64,000 nucleotides of DNA from a virus (taxonomy: Duplodnaviria; Heunggongvirae; Uroviricota; Caudoviricetes), in IMG/VR virus record IMGVR_UViG_3300042154_003418, positions 40,218 through 104,217 of that record; one strand, written 5' to 3'. The notes under the pieces are model-generated. The model was not told where the DNA came from. It was given only the letters and a program-made list of their open reading frames with translations, and did not search any database. This document shows, in pieces, positions 1-11,600 of this stretch (positions are counted from its first letter, which is position 1; every line of letters starts with the position of its first letter). The position numbers and the translations under genes are program-made.

Positions 1-74
1 ACCTAGCCCGTTGGCACCTAGCACAAACAAAGTTACGTCCTGAAGTCTATACTCTTAACGTAGATTTTGAGTAC

Positions 75-1253
75 TTGGTGTGTAACCGCGGAGACCTAGT
101 GCGTGTAGCTCATGATGTACCTCTTTGGGGTACTGGCACAGGACGTATTGTAAGTGTTAGTGGAAGCACTATAACACTAAGTGAGCCAGTTTATCTAACT
201 ACCGGCACACAGTATCAGATACGTATTCGTACTAATTCACCGTCAACTCTGCCTAATTCAGAAAATAGTGAAACATATTTTCTAAATCCAATCAGTGCTT
301 CCGGAACATACACTACTCTTACAGCTAGCCAGGCTTTTGGTGATGCTGTGGAATCGGATAACCTGTATATGTTAGGTGAAATAGGAAAAGAATCTCAAGA
401 ACTTGTGGTAATATCCATAGAGCCCAGCGATAATACCAGCGCACGTTTAACACTAACAGACTACAGCCCAGAAATTTATACCATAAACATGAATTCGGAC
501 GACGATCTTCCAAGCTTTGATCCTAACATTAGTGGTGGCAGCAATCAATCTGTGCTGAATACTATCACACAGGCACCCGTTATTGTTGGAGCCAGCAGCG
601 GCAGTAGCCTAGCCGAAGAAATTGCCACTGGAACGTTTCAAAACGTATTGTTAATAAGTTTTGGTAATGTACCAGCATTAAGCGAAGCAGCGCAAAAAAT
701 TCAAGTTCAAGTTGTACTTGGCGATAGCGACTTTAGTTCTGGAAGCTTATTTGGTGTTTATGAAATAGACAAGTCTGCTGGTAGTTTGAGCTTAACAGGA
801 TTAAAGACTCTTACTATTTACAAAATTCGTGCACGTTATATAAATGCAACAGGCTCTATAAGTGGACCTTGGAGTCCTATCTTCTACACTACTTCCACAG
901 GTAAGGTAGACAACGACTATATTGTGGACTCGCTAATAGTCGAGCTAGAAGATATATTTGTTACTGCAATACCTGCTACCACACTGGATAAACCAGCAGA
1001 CTTTAAAACTTTTGAGTACAGGTTGTACAAAGACACTGGTAACGAAGACTTCTGGGAACTGGATCCAGCTACTAATGGAATCCTTGTAGTACAAACAACC
1101 GATGTTGCAAGATTTAACTTGTTAAACGTACCACAACCAAGAATTTCTACTGCGGGTATAACATATCGAGTAGCATGCAGAGCCTTGGATAACAACAACA
1201 ACTATAGCGCACAAAGTGCTTTGGGTACAATAGTTATTGCAACTATTAAATGA
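75..1253 (+). CDS. tail-associated structural protein, possibly 5'-truncated by the window edge (TTG start in ORF track)
   Basis: 392-aa ORF directly upstream of the tail-fibre genes. Ser/Thr-rich with beta-rich composition. No enzymatic motif found. Confidence 0.4.
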   Translation: MVCNRGDLVRVAHDVPLWGTGTGRIVSVSGSTITLSEPVYLTTGTQYQIRIRTNSPSTLPNSENSETYFLNPISASGTYTTLTASQAFGDAVESDNLYMLGEIGKESQELVVISIEPSDNTSARLTLTDYSPEIYTINMNSDDDLPSFDPNISGGSNQSVLNTITQAPVIVGASSGSSLAEEIATGTFQNVLLISFGNVPALSEAAQKIQVQVVLGDSDFSSGSLFGVYEIDKSAGSLSLTGLKTLTIYKIRARYINATGSISGPWSPIFYTTSTGKVDNDYIVDSLIVELEDIFVTAIPATTLDKPADFKTFEYRLYKDTGNEDFWELDPATNGILVVQTTDVARFNLLNVPQPRISTAGITYRVACRALDNNNNYSAQSALGTIVIATIK

Positions 1254-1263
1254 AAGAGATAAT

Positions 1264-4200
1264 ATGACAACATCAGCGGTGCTATCGCCAGGGATTAAAT
1301 CCCTGCACCTTAGCTTAGATACTCCTGTTGACCTCGTTACCGGAAAGGTCCGTCGTGACCTTTCTGGTATTCGTGTTTGGTATTCTACACAAAGCGGATT
1401 CAATCCCAATAATAGTGAAGGAACACAAGCTTTCAATGGTCTTAGTTCAGATATCACCATTAGCAACCTGCTAGAAAGTACTCAGTACTTTGTTAGATAT
1501 GCCTTTATTAGTGCTATAGACCCTACTGTTTATACAATCTCACCACAGCTATCAGCACTAACTTACGACGAAAACGTCAGCGTTTACGGAAACCTAACTA
1601 ATCCAAGTAGTATAATTCAAACAAATAATGCTGGAACTAATGGTGATTATACTGTAGCAGGCGGCGTATTTAAAGTATACAAGTACAGTACTGAAGTTAC
1701 CGGTATGGGGGTTGAGTATGCGCTAGAAAGTGGTACTATAGTAGGTGGCCTGGCAGTAAGCATTAATCCAAATACTGGAGCATACGCTGTAACTGGCCTA
1801 ACTGATGACTATGGTTCAGTTATCTTGTCTGCTACATATGACGGCGTTACTATTCAAACCACACTGTCAGTAATTAAAGCTCGTGCTGGTGTGGATGGTA
1901 CTAATGCGCAGCTATTAACAATTAATGCTGAAGGCACGGCCTTTGTGTTTAAAGATGCAGCAGCTAGCACCAGCGACACTGCCAAGCTAACGCTAATTGC
2001 TAACCTTAAAAATGTAACAGGCACAGTAACTTGGACAGCAACCGCTTTTAATGTTAATAATGTAAGTTTAGGTCCTATTACTTTTACCCAAACAGGTAAC
2101 GCAATTGATATTAGTGCCGCACAATTTAATCCACCCGCTTATGCTAACACAGTTGCTTATGTTACGGTAACTGCTAGTCGTGTACTGCTATCAGACACAG
2201 TTACACTATATCGTATTAACAACGGCACAGATCAGATAATTCTTGAGCTTACCAACGAGTCGCATACTATTCCTGCTTATTATGACGGAACTACCGTACC
2301 TGCTAGCTATATTGGTAGTGGTACAGAAATACGTGTAAAACAGGGCAATCAATATTTAACGGTTGATAACACAGTACCATACGCGCCAGGAACTTGGACA
2401 GTTACTGCTGCCAACGGTGTAAATATTACACCAGACACAACACCTGGTATTTTTAGCAGCTACATTAACTATGACACTCATAGTAACATGACAGCTGATC
2501 GTGCATACATTGACTATACTGTAACAGGTACCAGCTTAACTGGTGCGCCGTTTTCAATCTCACGTCGTCAAAGCTTTGCAAAGTCAGTGGCAGGTGAGCC
2601 AGGTGCAACAGCTACATTGGTTAGATTAACTACTACTGAGCTGGTATTTATTAAGTTCAAAGATGGTACCTACAGCAGCAATAGTGTTACCATATATGCC
2701 AATACACAAAATATTCCGACACCAGTGTTTGTGTGGAATGATGGTATTAATCCACCAGTTACAAAAGACAGTACTACAGATCCGGCAGCAAGTCAGTTTG
2801 TATTTAACCGTCCAGCGGAGCTGGGTGTTTACACAATCACAGTAAGCGTAACGGACAAAACTAACACCGCACTTGGTACAGCTGTGGATTCTATGTCTAT
2901 TGCTTTTATTGAAGAAGGCAGCGACGCTTACACATTTCTTTTCAAAGATCCTGTGGCTCAACTAAGTGCCAATAGTCTTGGAATCGTCGAAGGTGGAGTT
3001 ACCAGTGTTGTAAACCACATTATTGGTGCACAAGGTATTGCATTGTTAGTGCCTGGTGTGGACATTATATACACCGTGGATAGCACAGAAAATTGTACTG
3101 CTACATTGGGTAGTGTAACTGGAACGTGGAATCAGGAATTTACTGTTAGTGGGGCATTTTTTACTAATGCCAGCATTACTTCAGCTAGCGTAACCATCAA
3201 GTGTCAAGTTCCTGGTGGAATTTACTACTTGATGAAAACTTCGTACTCAAAAGTACGCAAAGGCGACACAGGTGCTGCCGGAGCTAATGCGGTTTTTGCA
3301 GACTTGGTTAGTGAAGCTGATGTGGTTACTGCACTAACGGATGGTACAGGATATACACTACCAACAGGCAACGCACTGCAGCTATACAGTGGTGGTAATA
3401 TTGTAACTGCTGGAGTTACCTATGGCGGCACTACAACAAAAAATGGTTTAACTTTAACCATCAACACTGCGGGTACAATTACGCTAAGCGGTGCGGCTTG
3501 GACCAGCAATCAAGAAACTTTTAACGTAACTGCAACACTTGGTGGTGTAGCATATACTGCTGCCTACACAATTGCAAAGTCACGTGCAGGTAGTGATGCT
3601 GTGTTTGTTGACCTGTTAAGCGAAGCCGAGGTAGTTAACAGCGCCGCAGACGGTACTGGGTATACTCTACCAACTGGCAACAGCATGCGCTTATTCAAAG
3701 GCGGGGTGCAGGTAACTACTGGGGTTGTATACAGCGGCGGTACTGTAAAAAATGGGTTAACACTGTCTATTGCGGGTAGCACTGGAGCAATCACACTAAG
3801 TGGTGCGGCTTGGACAAGCGACAGGGAAACTTTTACACTAACAGCTACTTTTGATAGCGTAGCGTATACCTATACCTACAAGATTACCAAGGCCAAGCAA
3901 GGTGTGCAAGGTGTAGCAGGTTCTACAGGTGCGGCAACAGCAACCGTAGCATTATATGCCAAGAATACTAGCAGCAGTACGCCACCAGCAGCATTTTCGG
4001 GGACTTTTACTTATACATTTAGTACTAGTCTGCTAAGTGGTGGCACATTAAACGGATGGGCTCAAACAGCTCCTGGTGTAGCAAACGGCGAGTATTTGTG
4101 GGTTCGTTATGCGGTAGCTAGCAGTGCAACTGCCACAGATACTATTGCCAGCACAGAGTTTAGCGGTGCTGTTGTAAGCTCAGTTGGCGGAGTTAATGGA

Positions 4201-5937
4201 GTTGCTGGAACTAACACTGCTACCATAGAACTGTTTGCTAAAAACACAAGCGCCAGCACAGCTCCCGCAGCATTCAGTGGAACTTTTACTTATACATTTA
4301 GTAACGCAACACTAACTGGCGGTACACTAAACGGCTGGAGTCGAACTGCTCCGGCTATTACCAATGGCGAATATTTATGGGCTCGTTACGCGGTTGCTGC
4401 TAGTAATACAGCAACTGACGCTGTTGACGCCAGTGAGTTTAGTGCAGCTGTTGTTCGAAGTATTGGGGGTACAAATGGTGCGCCTGGTACAAACGGTACA
4501 AACGGTACAAATGGTACTAATGGTGTAAACGCAGTAAAGTCCACAAGCGGGTATATTTATTATGCATTTGCTGGCGGAAGTCCAGGCACTCCAAGCGCCA
4601 GCAGCTTTAACTTTAGTACTGGTGCATTTACTGGTTTAAGCGGTGGTTGGGGTACTACAGTAAATATGACCGGTAATGGATCGTATTGGGCAGCACGTTA
4701 TATTGTAACAGAATCAGCTTTTGGCAGCAATACTGGAACCCCTAGTTTTAGCGCAGCGTTTAATCACCAAAACTTTGAAGGACTGGTGACTTTTACTAAC
4801 TTAAATGGTTATGCTACTCAAACATATGCCGGTCAAGTAGCAAATACTGCAGTAGCTAATGCTGCAGGTAATTACGCAACAAATAACCTATCCAACGTCA
4901 CAACAATTGATGGCGGAAAAATTAGTACAGGCACACTAAGCGTTGGATCAATACAAAGCAGTACTACTAATTCATCATACGGCGTAAATTGGGGTATTAA
5001 TACCTTTGCATTTGGAACCGGATCAGTTTTAGCAGGTATATCAACTGTAGGTTATTTTAAAACAACTGACTCAGGCACACTTGGCTTAGGGGTGCTATCT
5101 TCAAATAACGTTGCTTTTGCGGCATCAACTGTATGGTCAAGTTGGGCAGGTGGTTTTGGCAATCGTTGGGGCGTTGGTATAGATGACATTGCCGCAGGCA
5201 ATAACCGTACACTGGCAGAATTCTGTTCTAATACTGTAGCTGGTCGGTTCTTTCACCGAGATACAAACCATACCACAACCGTAGCTTCTAGTACTCATGC
5301 AATTAATGCAAGCGGACCAGTAAATATAAATGGTTCGCTAACAGTTAATGGTGTTGCTATTAATACTAATGGTGGCACTGGTTACGGCCCAGGATCTAGC
5401 CCTGTATTTGATGCTATTAGTGCTAGCACTATCACCACTAGCAGCAGCATAACTTCTAGTGGTAGGATATTTAGTCAAAGTATTAACGTTGGTGGTGCCA
5501 GTGGTTATACAGGAGATATTTATACTGGAGATATTGCTTGTGGCGGTAATTTTAGAGCCTTGGGCGGTGCGCTGCTCAATGGCAATGTTTATGCTAATTT
5601 CTTTTATAGTCAGGGAACTTACATTGGAAGTTCACGACGTCTTAAAGATAGTATCTTGCCGATTGATATCGGACTAGACTTTATTTTATCGCTAGAACCT
5701 GTTAAATATACGCTAAAATCTACTCAAGACCCTAAGGTGGGGTTTATTGCTGAAGATTTTCCAGACACAAGGTTTGTGCACCAAGGATTCATTGATCCAG
5801 CAGATGAATCCAAAGGCAAACAGATTAATGCTATTGATTACTCGTCTATGGTAGCGCCACTGGTAAAAGCAGTACAAGAATTAAACGCAAAAATCACTCA
5901 ACTAACACTCGAATTAAACGCGCTAAAAAATACTTAA
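1264..5937 (+). CDS. large L-shaped tail-fibre-like protein with C-terminal S74 intramolecular-chaperone autoproteolysis domain
   Basis: The ORF track gives 1237..5937. ATG at 1264 is preceded by aaagag, so 1264 is the likelier start. Protein is about 1560 aa and Thr/Gly/Ala/Ser-rich. Collagen-like GTNGTNGTNGTNGVN segment. Internal tandem domain duplications. C-terminus GSSRRLKDSILPIDIGLDFILSLEPVKY...LVKAVQELNAKITQL matches the endosialidase / T5 pb1-type chaperone-of-endosialidase module (SxxRxK cleavage motif). Confidence 0.8.
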   Translation: MTTSAVLSPGIKSLHLSLDTPVDLVTGKVRRDLSGIRVWYSTQSGFNPNNSEGTQAFNGLSSDITISNLLESTQYFVRYAFISAIDPTVYTISPQLSALTYDENVSVYGNLTNPSSIIQTNNAGTNGDYTVAGGVFKVYKYSTEVTGMGVEYALESGTIVGGLAVSINPNTGAYAVTGLTDDYGSVILSATYDGVTIQTTLSVIKARAGVDGTNAQLLTINAEGTAFVFKDAAASTSDTAKLTLIANLKNVTGTVTWTATAFNVNNVSLGPITFTQTGNAIDISAAQFNPPAYANTVAYVTVTASRVLLSDTVTLYRINNGTDQIILELTNESHTIPAYYDGTTVPASYIGSGTEIRVKQGNQYLTVDNTVPYAPGTWTVTAANGVNITPDTTPGIFSSYINYDTHSNMTADRAYIDYTVTGTSLTGAPFSISRRQSFAKSVAGEPGATATLVRLTTTELVFIKFKDGTYSSNSVTIYANTQNIPTPVFVWNDGINPPVTKDSTTDPAASQFVFNRPAELGVYTITVSVTDKTNTALGTAVDSMSIAFIEEGSDAYTFLFKDPVAQLSANSLGIVEGGVTSVVNHIIGAQGIALLVPGVDIIYTVDSTENCTATLGSVTGTWNQEFTVSGAFFTNASITSASVTIKCQVPGGIYYLMKTSYSKVRKGDTGAAGANAVFADLVSEADVVTALTDGTGYTLPTGNALQLYSGGNIVTAGVTYGGTTTKNGLTLTINTAGTITLSGAAWTSNQETFNVTATLGGVAYTAAYTIAKSRAGSDAVFVDLLSEAEVVNSAADGTGYTLPTGNSMRLFKGGVQVTTGVVYSGGTVKNGLTLSIAGSTGAITLSGAAWTSDRETFTLTATFDSVAYTYTYKITKAKQGVQGVAGSTGAATATVALYAKNTSSSTPPAAFSGTFTYTFSTSLLSGGTLNGWAQTAPGVANGEYLWVRYAVASSATATDTIASTEFSGAVVSSVGGVNGVAGTNTATIELFAKNTSASTAPAAFSGTFTYTFSNATLTGGTLNGWSRTAPAITNGEYLWARYAVAASNTATDAVDASEFSAAVVRSIGGTNGAPGTNGTNGTNGTNGVNAVKSTSGYIYYAFAGGSPGTPSASSFNFSTGAFTGLSGGWGTTVNMTGNGSYWAARYIVTESAFGSNTGTPSFSAAFNHQNFEGLVTFTNLNGYATQTYAGQVANTAVANAAGNYATNNLSNVTTIDGGKISTGTLSVGSIQSSTTNSSYGVNWGINTFAFGTGSVLAGISTVGYFKTTDSGTLGLGVLSSNNVAFAASTVWSSWAGGFGNRWGVGIDDIAAGNNRTLAEFCSNTVAGRFFHRDTNHTTTVASSTHAINASGPVNINGSLTVNGVAINTNGGTGYGPGSSPVFDAISASTITTSSSITSSGRIFSQSINVGGASGYTGDIYTGDIACGGNFRALGGALLNGNVYANFFYSQGTYIGSSRRLKDSILPIDIGLDFILSLEPVKYTLKSTQDPKVGFIAEDFPDTRFVHQGFIDPADESKGKQINAIDYSSMVAPLVKAVQELNAKITQLTLELNALKNT

Positions 5938-5945
5938 AAGTAAAA

Positions 5946-5973
5946 TACCTGTCCAATGGGCAGGTATTTTTTT
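5946..5973 (+). terminator. Rho-independent terminator after the tail-fibre gene
   Basis: Hairpin tacctgtcc-aatg-ggcaggta followed by a T7 run. Confidence 0.6.
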
Positions 5974-5976
5974 GTG

Positions 5977-6005
5977 TTGACAGTTATATGCCTCTGTGCT
6001 ATAAT
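5977..6005 (+). promoter_or_regulatory. consensus sigma70-type promoter (TTGACA-17-TATAAT)
   Basis: ttgaca at 5977-5982, a 17-nt spacer, tataat at 6000-6005, then a further atata extension. It lies upstream of the 6128 ORF. Confidence 0.6.
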
Positions 6006-6127
6006 ATACCAAAATGTCCACGAGCTCCCAATTTTTAGGTTAAATCAGAGTTACGTTGAACTTGATCAGTTAAATATACTAAGTGGCGGTAAGTATTACA
6101 GCCAGTAATAATAGGGAGTACTAACTT

Positions 6128-6490
6128 ATGTTGGAGTCTAATTTTGAGCAAACCTTACAAGCCGTCAGCCTGGTAGCATTAGCAGTAATCGGGGTTTTAT
6201 TAGGTGTGCAAAAAATCTTAAAGAATTGGCGAACTACTGAAGCAGAGACTTCGCTTATAACACTTATGCACACAGAGCTAGAGCGCATTAACGAGCAGAA
6301 CACTAAGCTTAGCGTAGAACTAGGCAGGTTGCATATAGAAATAATTGCTTTAAATAAAGAGTTGCAGAAACTAACAGTTGAAAATCAACACCTACGAAAC
6401 GAGGTTTGCGCCCTTACTCAAGAAGTAAGCAACTTCAAACAATTGTCGGTGGCACAGAAAGGCAAAATATATGCAGCCAGCAAAACTTAA
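6128..6490 (+). CDS. membrane-anchored coiled-coil protein
   Basis: N-terminal hydrophobic helix (VSLVALAVIGVLLGV) followed by a heptad-rich coiled coil. SD-like agggag lies upstream. Confidence 0.35.
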   Translation: MLESNFEQTLQAVSLVALAVIGVLLGVQKILKNWRTTEAETSLITLMHTELERINEQNTKLSVELGRLHIEIIALNKELQKLTVENQHLRNEVCALTQEVSNFKQLSVAQKGKIYAASKT

Positions 6491-7067
6491 TTATAAAATT
6501 TACCAAGGCAGCACCTTTGAAGAAATGTATCGCTGGGAATCTGAAACAAAAGTTTATGTACCCATAGAATCAGTTTCAAAAAGCGCACCTTGTGTAATAA
6601 CTACCGCGCAACCACATGCACTACCACAAGGTTGGAGGTTTCGTGTGATAGGTGCAGGCGGTATAAAAGAACTTAATAGTATTGGGGACAGTTTTTACTT
6701 AGCCACAAGTGTAACCGCAAGCACCGTTACCATTAATCAAACAAACAGCCTACAGTACACAGCTTATACAAGCGGCGGTGTCATAGAATACAATCAACCT
6801 GTTCCACTAGGCAGCTATAGTGCACGTATGCAAATTCGTGAAACAGTAGACAGCCCCACAGTAATATACTCTGGCACCAGCGGCACGGGCGGACACATTA
6901 GCTTAGACTTGGTTTCAAATACAATTAATATTCGTATACCTGCTGCAGTAACTCAAAATTTTGATTTTACCACAGCAGTATACAGTGTTGAGCTGTATGA
7001 GGCAGGTGGGTTAGTGATTCCGTTTTTAGCTGGTAACCTAACACTAGTGCCGGAGGTTACAAGATGA
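6471..7067 (+). CDS. hypothetical structural protein
   Basis: 198-aa ORF in the structural block, beta-rich, translationally coupled to its neighbours. Confidence 0.4.
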   Translation: MQPAKLNYKIYQGSTFEEMYRWESETKVYVPIESVSKSAPCVITTAQPHALPQGWRFRVIGAGGIKELNSIGDSFYLATSVTASTVTINQTNSLQYTAYTSGGVIEYNQPVPLGSYSARMQIRETVDSPTVIYSGTSGTGGHISLDLVSNTINIRIPAAVTQNFDFTTAVYSVELYEAGGLVIPFLAGNLTLVPEVTR

Positions 7068-7300
7068 ATCGAATTGTTGTAGTAGACGAAAACCAAACAG
7101 TAGTCGTACAAGCAAACGTACCTAAAACTATTGTAACAGGTATGATGGGACCCAGAGGTGCTGCTAGTTTTGCAGAGTTGCAAGACATTGATTTAGCACA
7201 ACTAGGGCCAGGATCATTACTAGTATATAATAACCAAACGCAGAGATGGACTGCAACCACACTCCTAGACCAGCAAACGGTTGAGTCTGGACAATTTTAA
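7064..7300 (+). CDS. hypothetical small protein
   Basis: 78-aa ORF with an ATGA start overlap to the upstream gene. Confidence 0.3.
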   Translation: MNRIVVVDENQTVVVQANVPKTIVTGMMGPRGAASFAELQDIDLAQLGPGSLLVYNNQTQRWTATTLLDQQTVESGQF

Positions 7301-7312
7301 AGGAAAAAGAAC

Positions 7313-8635
7313 ATGGCTTCTATTTTAAGAATAAAACGCAGTGAGGTTAGTGGCAACCCAGCTGTATTAGGTGCAGGTGAACTTGCATACTCAGCACTAG
7401 CTGATAACGGCTCCAATGGGGGTGATCGCTTATACATTGGTATGGGCACCGAAACCGCAGGAAACGCCGTTAATCGTATAGTAATTGGCGGTAAATATTT
7501 TACTGACTTAGTTACTGCTGCAACCCCACTAAACACTGCTTCAACTATTGTTCGTCGTGATGCTACCGGCAGCATTGTGGTTAACGTAACAGGTGCTCTA
7601 ACAGGCAACGCAAGCACTGCCACTGCGTGGCAGAATCCGCGATCAATTAGCTTAACTGGCGACGCAACTGCCAGCTTTGCGAGTGTTGATGGTACACAAA
7701 ATTTGTCAACAGGCATTACACTGGCCACTGTTAACGCAGATGTTGGTACCTATGGTGGAGCAACCTCGATTCCAGTATTTACTGTTAATGCAAAAGGTTT
7801 AATTACTGAGGTAACCACAGCAGCTGTAGCAAGTAGCTTAAGCATCTCAGGTGGAACTGGCAGCGATACTGTTGCACTATTAACAGACACATTAGTGTTT
7901 GAAGGTGGAACTGGCGTAGCCACAACAGTAACCAACAATAAAGTAAGTTTTGCAATTGGTCAACCAGTTGCAACAACAGACAACGTTACATTCAACAACT
8001 TAACAGTTAACGGTGTTTTCTCAAGCAACGACATTACTGCCACAAACGTTACCATTGACGGTAATGCGATTATTGTAGGTAACTTAACTGTTCAAGGTAC
8101 AACAACCACAGTTAACTCAACAACTGTGGCAATTGGCGACGCTAATATTACCTTAGCCAAAGACGCTACCACAAGTGCACAAGCAGATGGTGCTGGTTTA
8201 ACTGTTGGCGGTAGTGGTGCTACACTAACTTACTCCAGTGTTAACGATCGCTGGAACCTGAACCGTGACTTGGTTGTAGCCAATGTGTATGGTGCACTGC
8301 AAGGCAATGCTACAACTGCTACTGCGCTGCAAACAGCACGCACAATTGCAATCACTGGCGATATCAGTTACAACAGCGGCAATTTTGATGGTAGCGCAAA
8401 CGTAACTGCAGCTGCTACGCTAGCCACAGTTAATGCAAACGTGGGTAGCTTTGGTGATGCGGTAACAGTACCCAACTTTACAGTCAACGCCAAAGGCTTG
8501 ATTACTGCCGCTGGCAGCACAGTTATTCCCACAGCCACTGCACTAATCAATGGTTTAGCTAGTTTTAGCAGCACTAACTTTAGTGTTACAGGCGGATTGG
8601 TAGCCATCGCACAAGTGGACGGCGGAACGTATTAA
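7313..8635 (+). CDS. tail-fibre protein (beta-helix repeats)
   Basis: N-terminus MASILRIKRSEVSGNPAVLGAGELAYS resembles the N-termini of the other fibre genes. Repetitive NxT/TVN beta-strand repeats (TVNGVFSSNDITATNVTIDGNAIIVGNLTVQGTTTTVN). Two internal near-repeats (TATALQTARTIAITGD / TATAWQNPRSISLTGD). Confidence 0.6.
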   Translation: MASILRIKRSEVSGNPAVLGAGELAYSALADNGSNGGDRLYIGMGTETAGNAVNRIVIGGKYFTDLVTAATPLNTASTIVRRDATGSIVVNVTGALTGNASTATAWQNPRSISLTGDATASFASVDGTQNLSTGITLATVNADVGTYGGATSIPVFTVNAKGLITEVTTAAVASSLSISGGTGSDTVALLTDTLVFEGGTGVATTVTNNKVSFAIGQPVATTDNVTFNNLTVNGVFSSNDITATNVTIDGNAIIVGNLTVQGTTTTVNSTTVAIGDANITLAKDATTSAQADGAGLTVGGSGATLTYSSVNDRWNLNRDLVVANVYGALQGNATTATALQTARTIAITGDISYNSGNFDGSANVTAAATLATVNANVGSFGDAVTVPNFTVNAKGLITAAGSTVIPTATALINGLASFSSTNFSVTGGLVAIAQVDGGTY

Positions 8636-8679
8636 TATTGGAGGCTCTATAGTCTCTGCAATCCTTTTTAGGGCCAAAA

Positions 8680-11600
8680 ATGTCGAAAATTATACTTAAA
8701 AAATCTTCGGTAGTGGACAAGATTCCACTACCAGCTGACTTAGCTTATGGCGAACTAGCGCTTAACTACGCAGACAGCAAGCTGTTTTTCAAGAAACCAG
8801 ATAATACTATCGGTACTTTTAGTGCTGGTAGTGCTCTGCAAAATCGTTATAGCTATACTGCAACAGCAGCACAAACTACATTTTCGGCAAGCTACACACC
8901 ACCTTATGTTGATGTGTACCTAAACGGGCTACGCCTAAGTTCAGGAGTAGATTATACTGCTACCAGTGGTAGTTCAATTGTGTTAACTCCTGGAGCCTCT
9001 GTTAATGACTTGGTAGAAATTGTTGCACAAGTAGTTAGTACTACTGTGCTAGTAGATGCTACTAAATTAGCATTAGCTGGCGGCACAATGACTGGTGTGA
9101 TTGGTTTTGCAGCAGGCCAAACATTTCCAGGCACACAAACCGCATTGGTAAGTGGCACAAGCATTAAAACCATTAATGGTACTAGTGTGTTGGGTAGTGG
9201 CAACATAGAAATTGATGTTGGCGTTACCAGTTTTAACACTCGCACAGGTGCTGTTACACTATCTAGCAGTGATGTTACAACTGCACTGGGATTTACGCCT
9301 GTTACGCAAACAGCTGTAGATAGCAGCATAAGCGCACTTGTTGATAGTTCACCCGCTACACTAAACACGCTCAACGAACTGGCTGCTGCACTAGGCGACG
9401 ACCCTAATTTTGCAACAACTGTAACTAGTAATATCGCCAGTAAGCTTTCACTGTCCGGCGGTACCTTAACTGGTGCTTCAACCGTTAGTGTTGCATCTTG
9501 GGCGAAGTGGACTCTTGAAACAACCGGTACAACGGCCAAGGCTCGCCAAGGTTCTGACGCCAACGGACTAAACTTTACATCAAACGCACTTTGGAACGGC
9601 AGCTGGACCGAAGATGACTCTACCAAAAAGAAGTTTGCTTATATTCAGCATCTTGGTAATGGTCGTCACGAGTTCAGAACCGCCGCTAGCGGTGCTGGCA
9701 TTTCTTGGGTAACCGGCCTTACGGTTGATGAAGCTGCAGTCAACTCACTTGTTGCACTTCAGCAGGGCGGCAATCAAGTATTGCACGCAGGCAATTATAA
9801 CAGTTACGCATTACCATTAAGTGGTGGTAGCTTAACCGGCTCTTTAACACTAACAGCCAACTCTACTTCTATTCGTCAGAACAGCACTGCATCATGGTCT
9901 GGGGACGCTCCTAACGGCGTAGGTAAACTTGAATATCACAGCAACCGTTGGTATATTAACGCTGGAGCTGACTCCACAGAAATAGCAAACTTCCGTCGTG
10001 GCGCTACAAGCGTTGCAACTATCAGTAACACAGGTGTTTACAGTGGTAGTATTGCAGGTAATGCGGCTACGGCCACAACGCTTCAGACAGCTCGCACAAT
10101 CAACGGCACCAGTTTTAATGGTTCGGTCAATATCGACACAACGGAGTGGGTTCACTCTGATCGAGACTTTCCAAATGGAACCTTAATTACCACCAACATT
10201 AACTACGCTGTAAGTAGTGGCGATCCGTTTGTTCTGGAAATTCGAGGTAATACCTATGGAAACGTCGTGCCGTTAGATTTGCTCTACCAGGGCTACATCT
10301 ACGCCGACACGATTATCAACCACGGTGGCGTATCTAATGGATTAAATATTTCTGGTCTTGTTGCAATCAACAATGGTGGCAACCTATGCTTTTGGTTTCC
10401 AAGCCAAGGATACTGGAACGGTTACAATGTCAAAGTTTATACCGCATTAGCAACTCGCGCCACAAACCGCGTCACATCAATCACTGGCGTTGCAAAACCA
10501 ACCACAGCTAAAGAAGTAGCGCTTTCCGCCAACATCCGTCAGTCATTACATAGTGGAAACTACACCAGCTACGCCCCATCCCTAACTGGCTCTGGGGCAA
10601 GCGGCACTTGGGGTATTAGCGTTACTGGAGCATCTGCTAGAATAAGCGTACCAGATACCAGAGCAGTTAATGATCAGCCACAAAATAAAACGGGCTATGC
10701 AATAACAGCCGATTTTAAAGAAAATTCAGCGGTTAATAATCCTCCTGTTACTTCCAGTGGTCTATACTCCCACGTTATAACAGTTGCTGGATGGGATACA
10801 GCTGGAGGCAGCGGCGGTTGGCCTTCTCAATTAAGTATAGGCGATGGAATTGCTGTACGACAAGCTACAAATGCTACTACTTGGGGTGCTTGGAGAAATG
10901 TCCTACACAGTAATAACTACGGAAACTACTCAACTTTCAACCAAGTTGTGGTGGCCAGTCAAGCAGGCTTTCAAAGTGCAACATACTCCGCCGGACGAAA
11001 CAGGATTTGGAGTTTTGCAAACGCTGACGCATATGGCATCAGTTACTTTCAAGGCGGTACGGACACCATAGGCTTCCACTTTGGTACAGCCAGTCTTGCA
11101 GGCTCGGTAGGGCGAGTAACTGCCACTGGGCTTGCTTCATTTGCGACGCTTGGGCTAAATAACGGATTTGAAATTCAACAGGGTGGAAGTAATTACGGAC
11201 AGTTCAACACTTGGGTACATCTAAACGGAAGTTATGGGTTTTACGCAGCCACTAACGGTGCACATTTTTATCCCAATAACGGTAGTTACGGCTCGTGGAG
11301 GATTGATGGTAGTCGAAACGGCTGGGCAGGTATCGAGTTTGGTACAGGTACTAGCCTAATGATGAATGATGACTCTTACGGATTTCACAGAAATACTAGC
11401 GGCCAATGGAAATTTTATGTTTCTGGCGGTAATGGATATTTCCCTGGCAATGTAACAGCATACTGGTCAGATGCCAGACTAAAAGAAAATTTACGTGAAA
11501 TTAAACACGAGTCCTTAGATATCCTTAGCACGTTTACTGCATATAGGTTTAATTGGAATAGTAAAGTTGCAGAAATAGGTGACACTATACCTGTTGGCAA

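Noticed and set aside
325-1466. Short - strand ORFs inside the first structural gene (325..513, 917..1201, 1122..1466)
   Set aside because: Antisense to long well-supported + strand genes, with no signals.
4492-4536. Short tandem repeat ggtacaaac x5 considered as a CRISPR-like or array feature
   Set aside because: It is in-frame coding sequence (GTNGTN collagen-like segment) inside the fibre gene, with no spacers or unique inserts.
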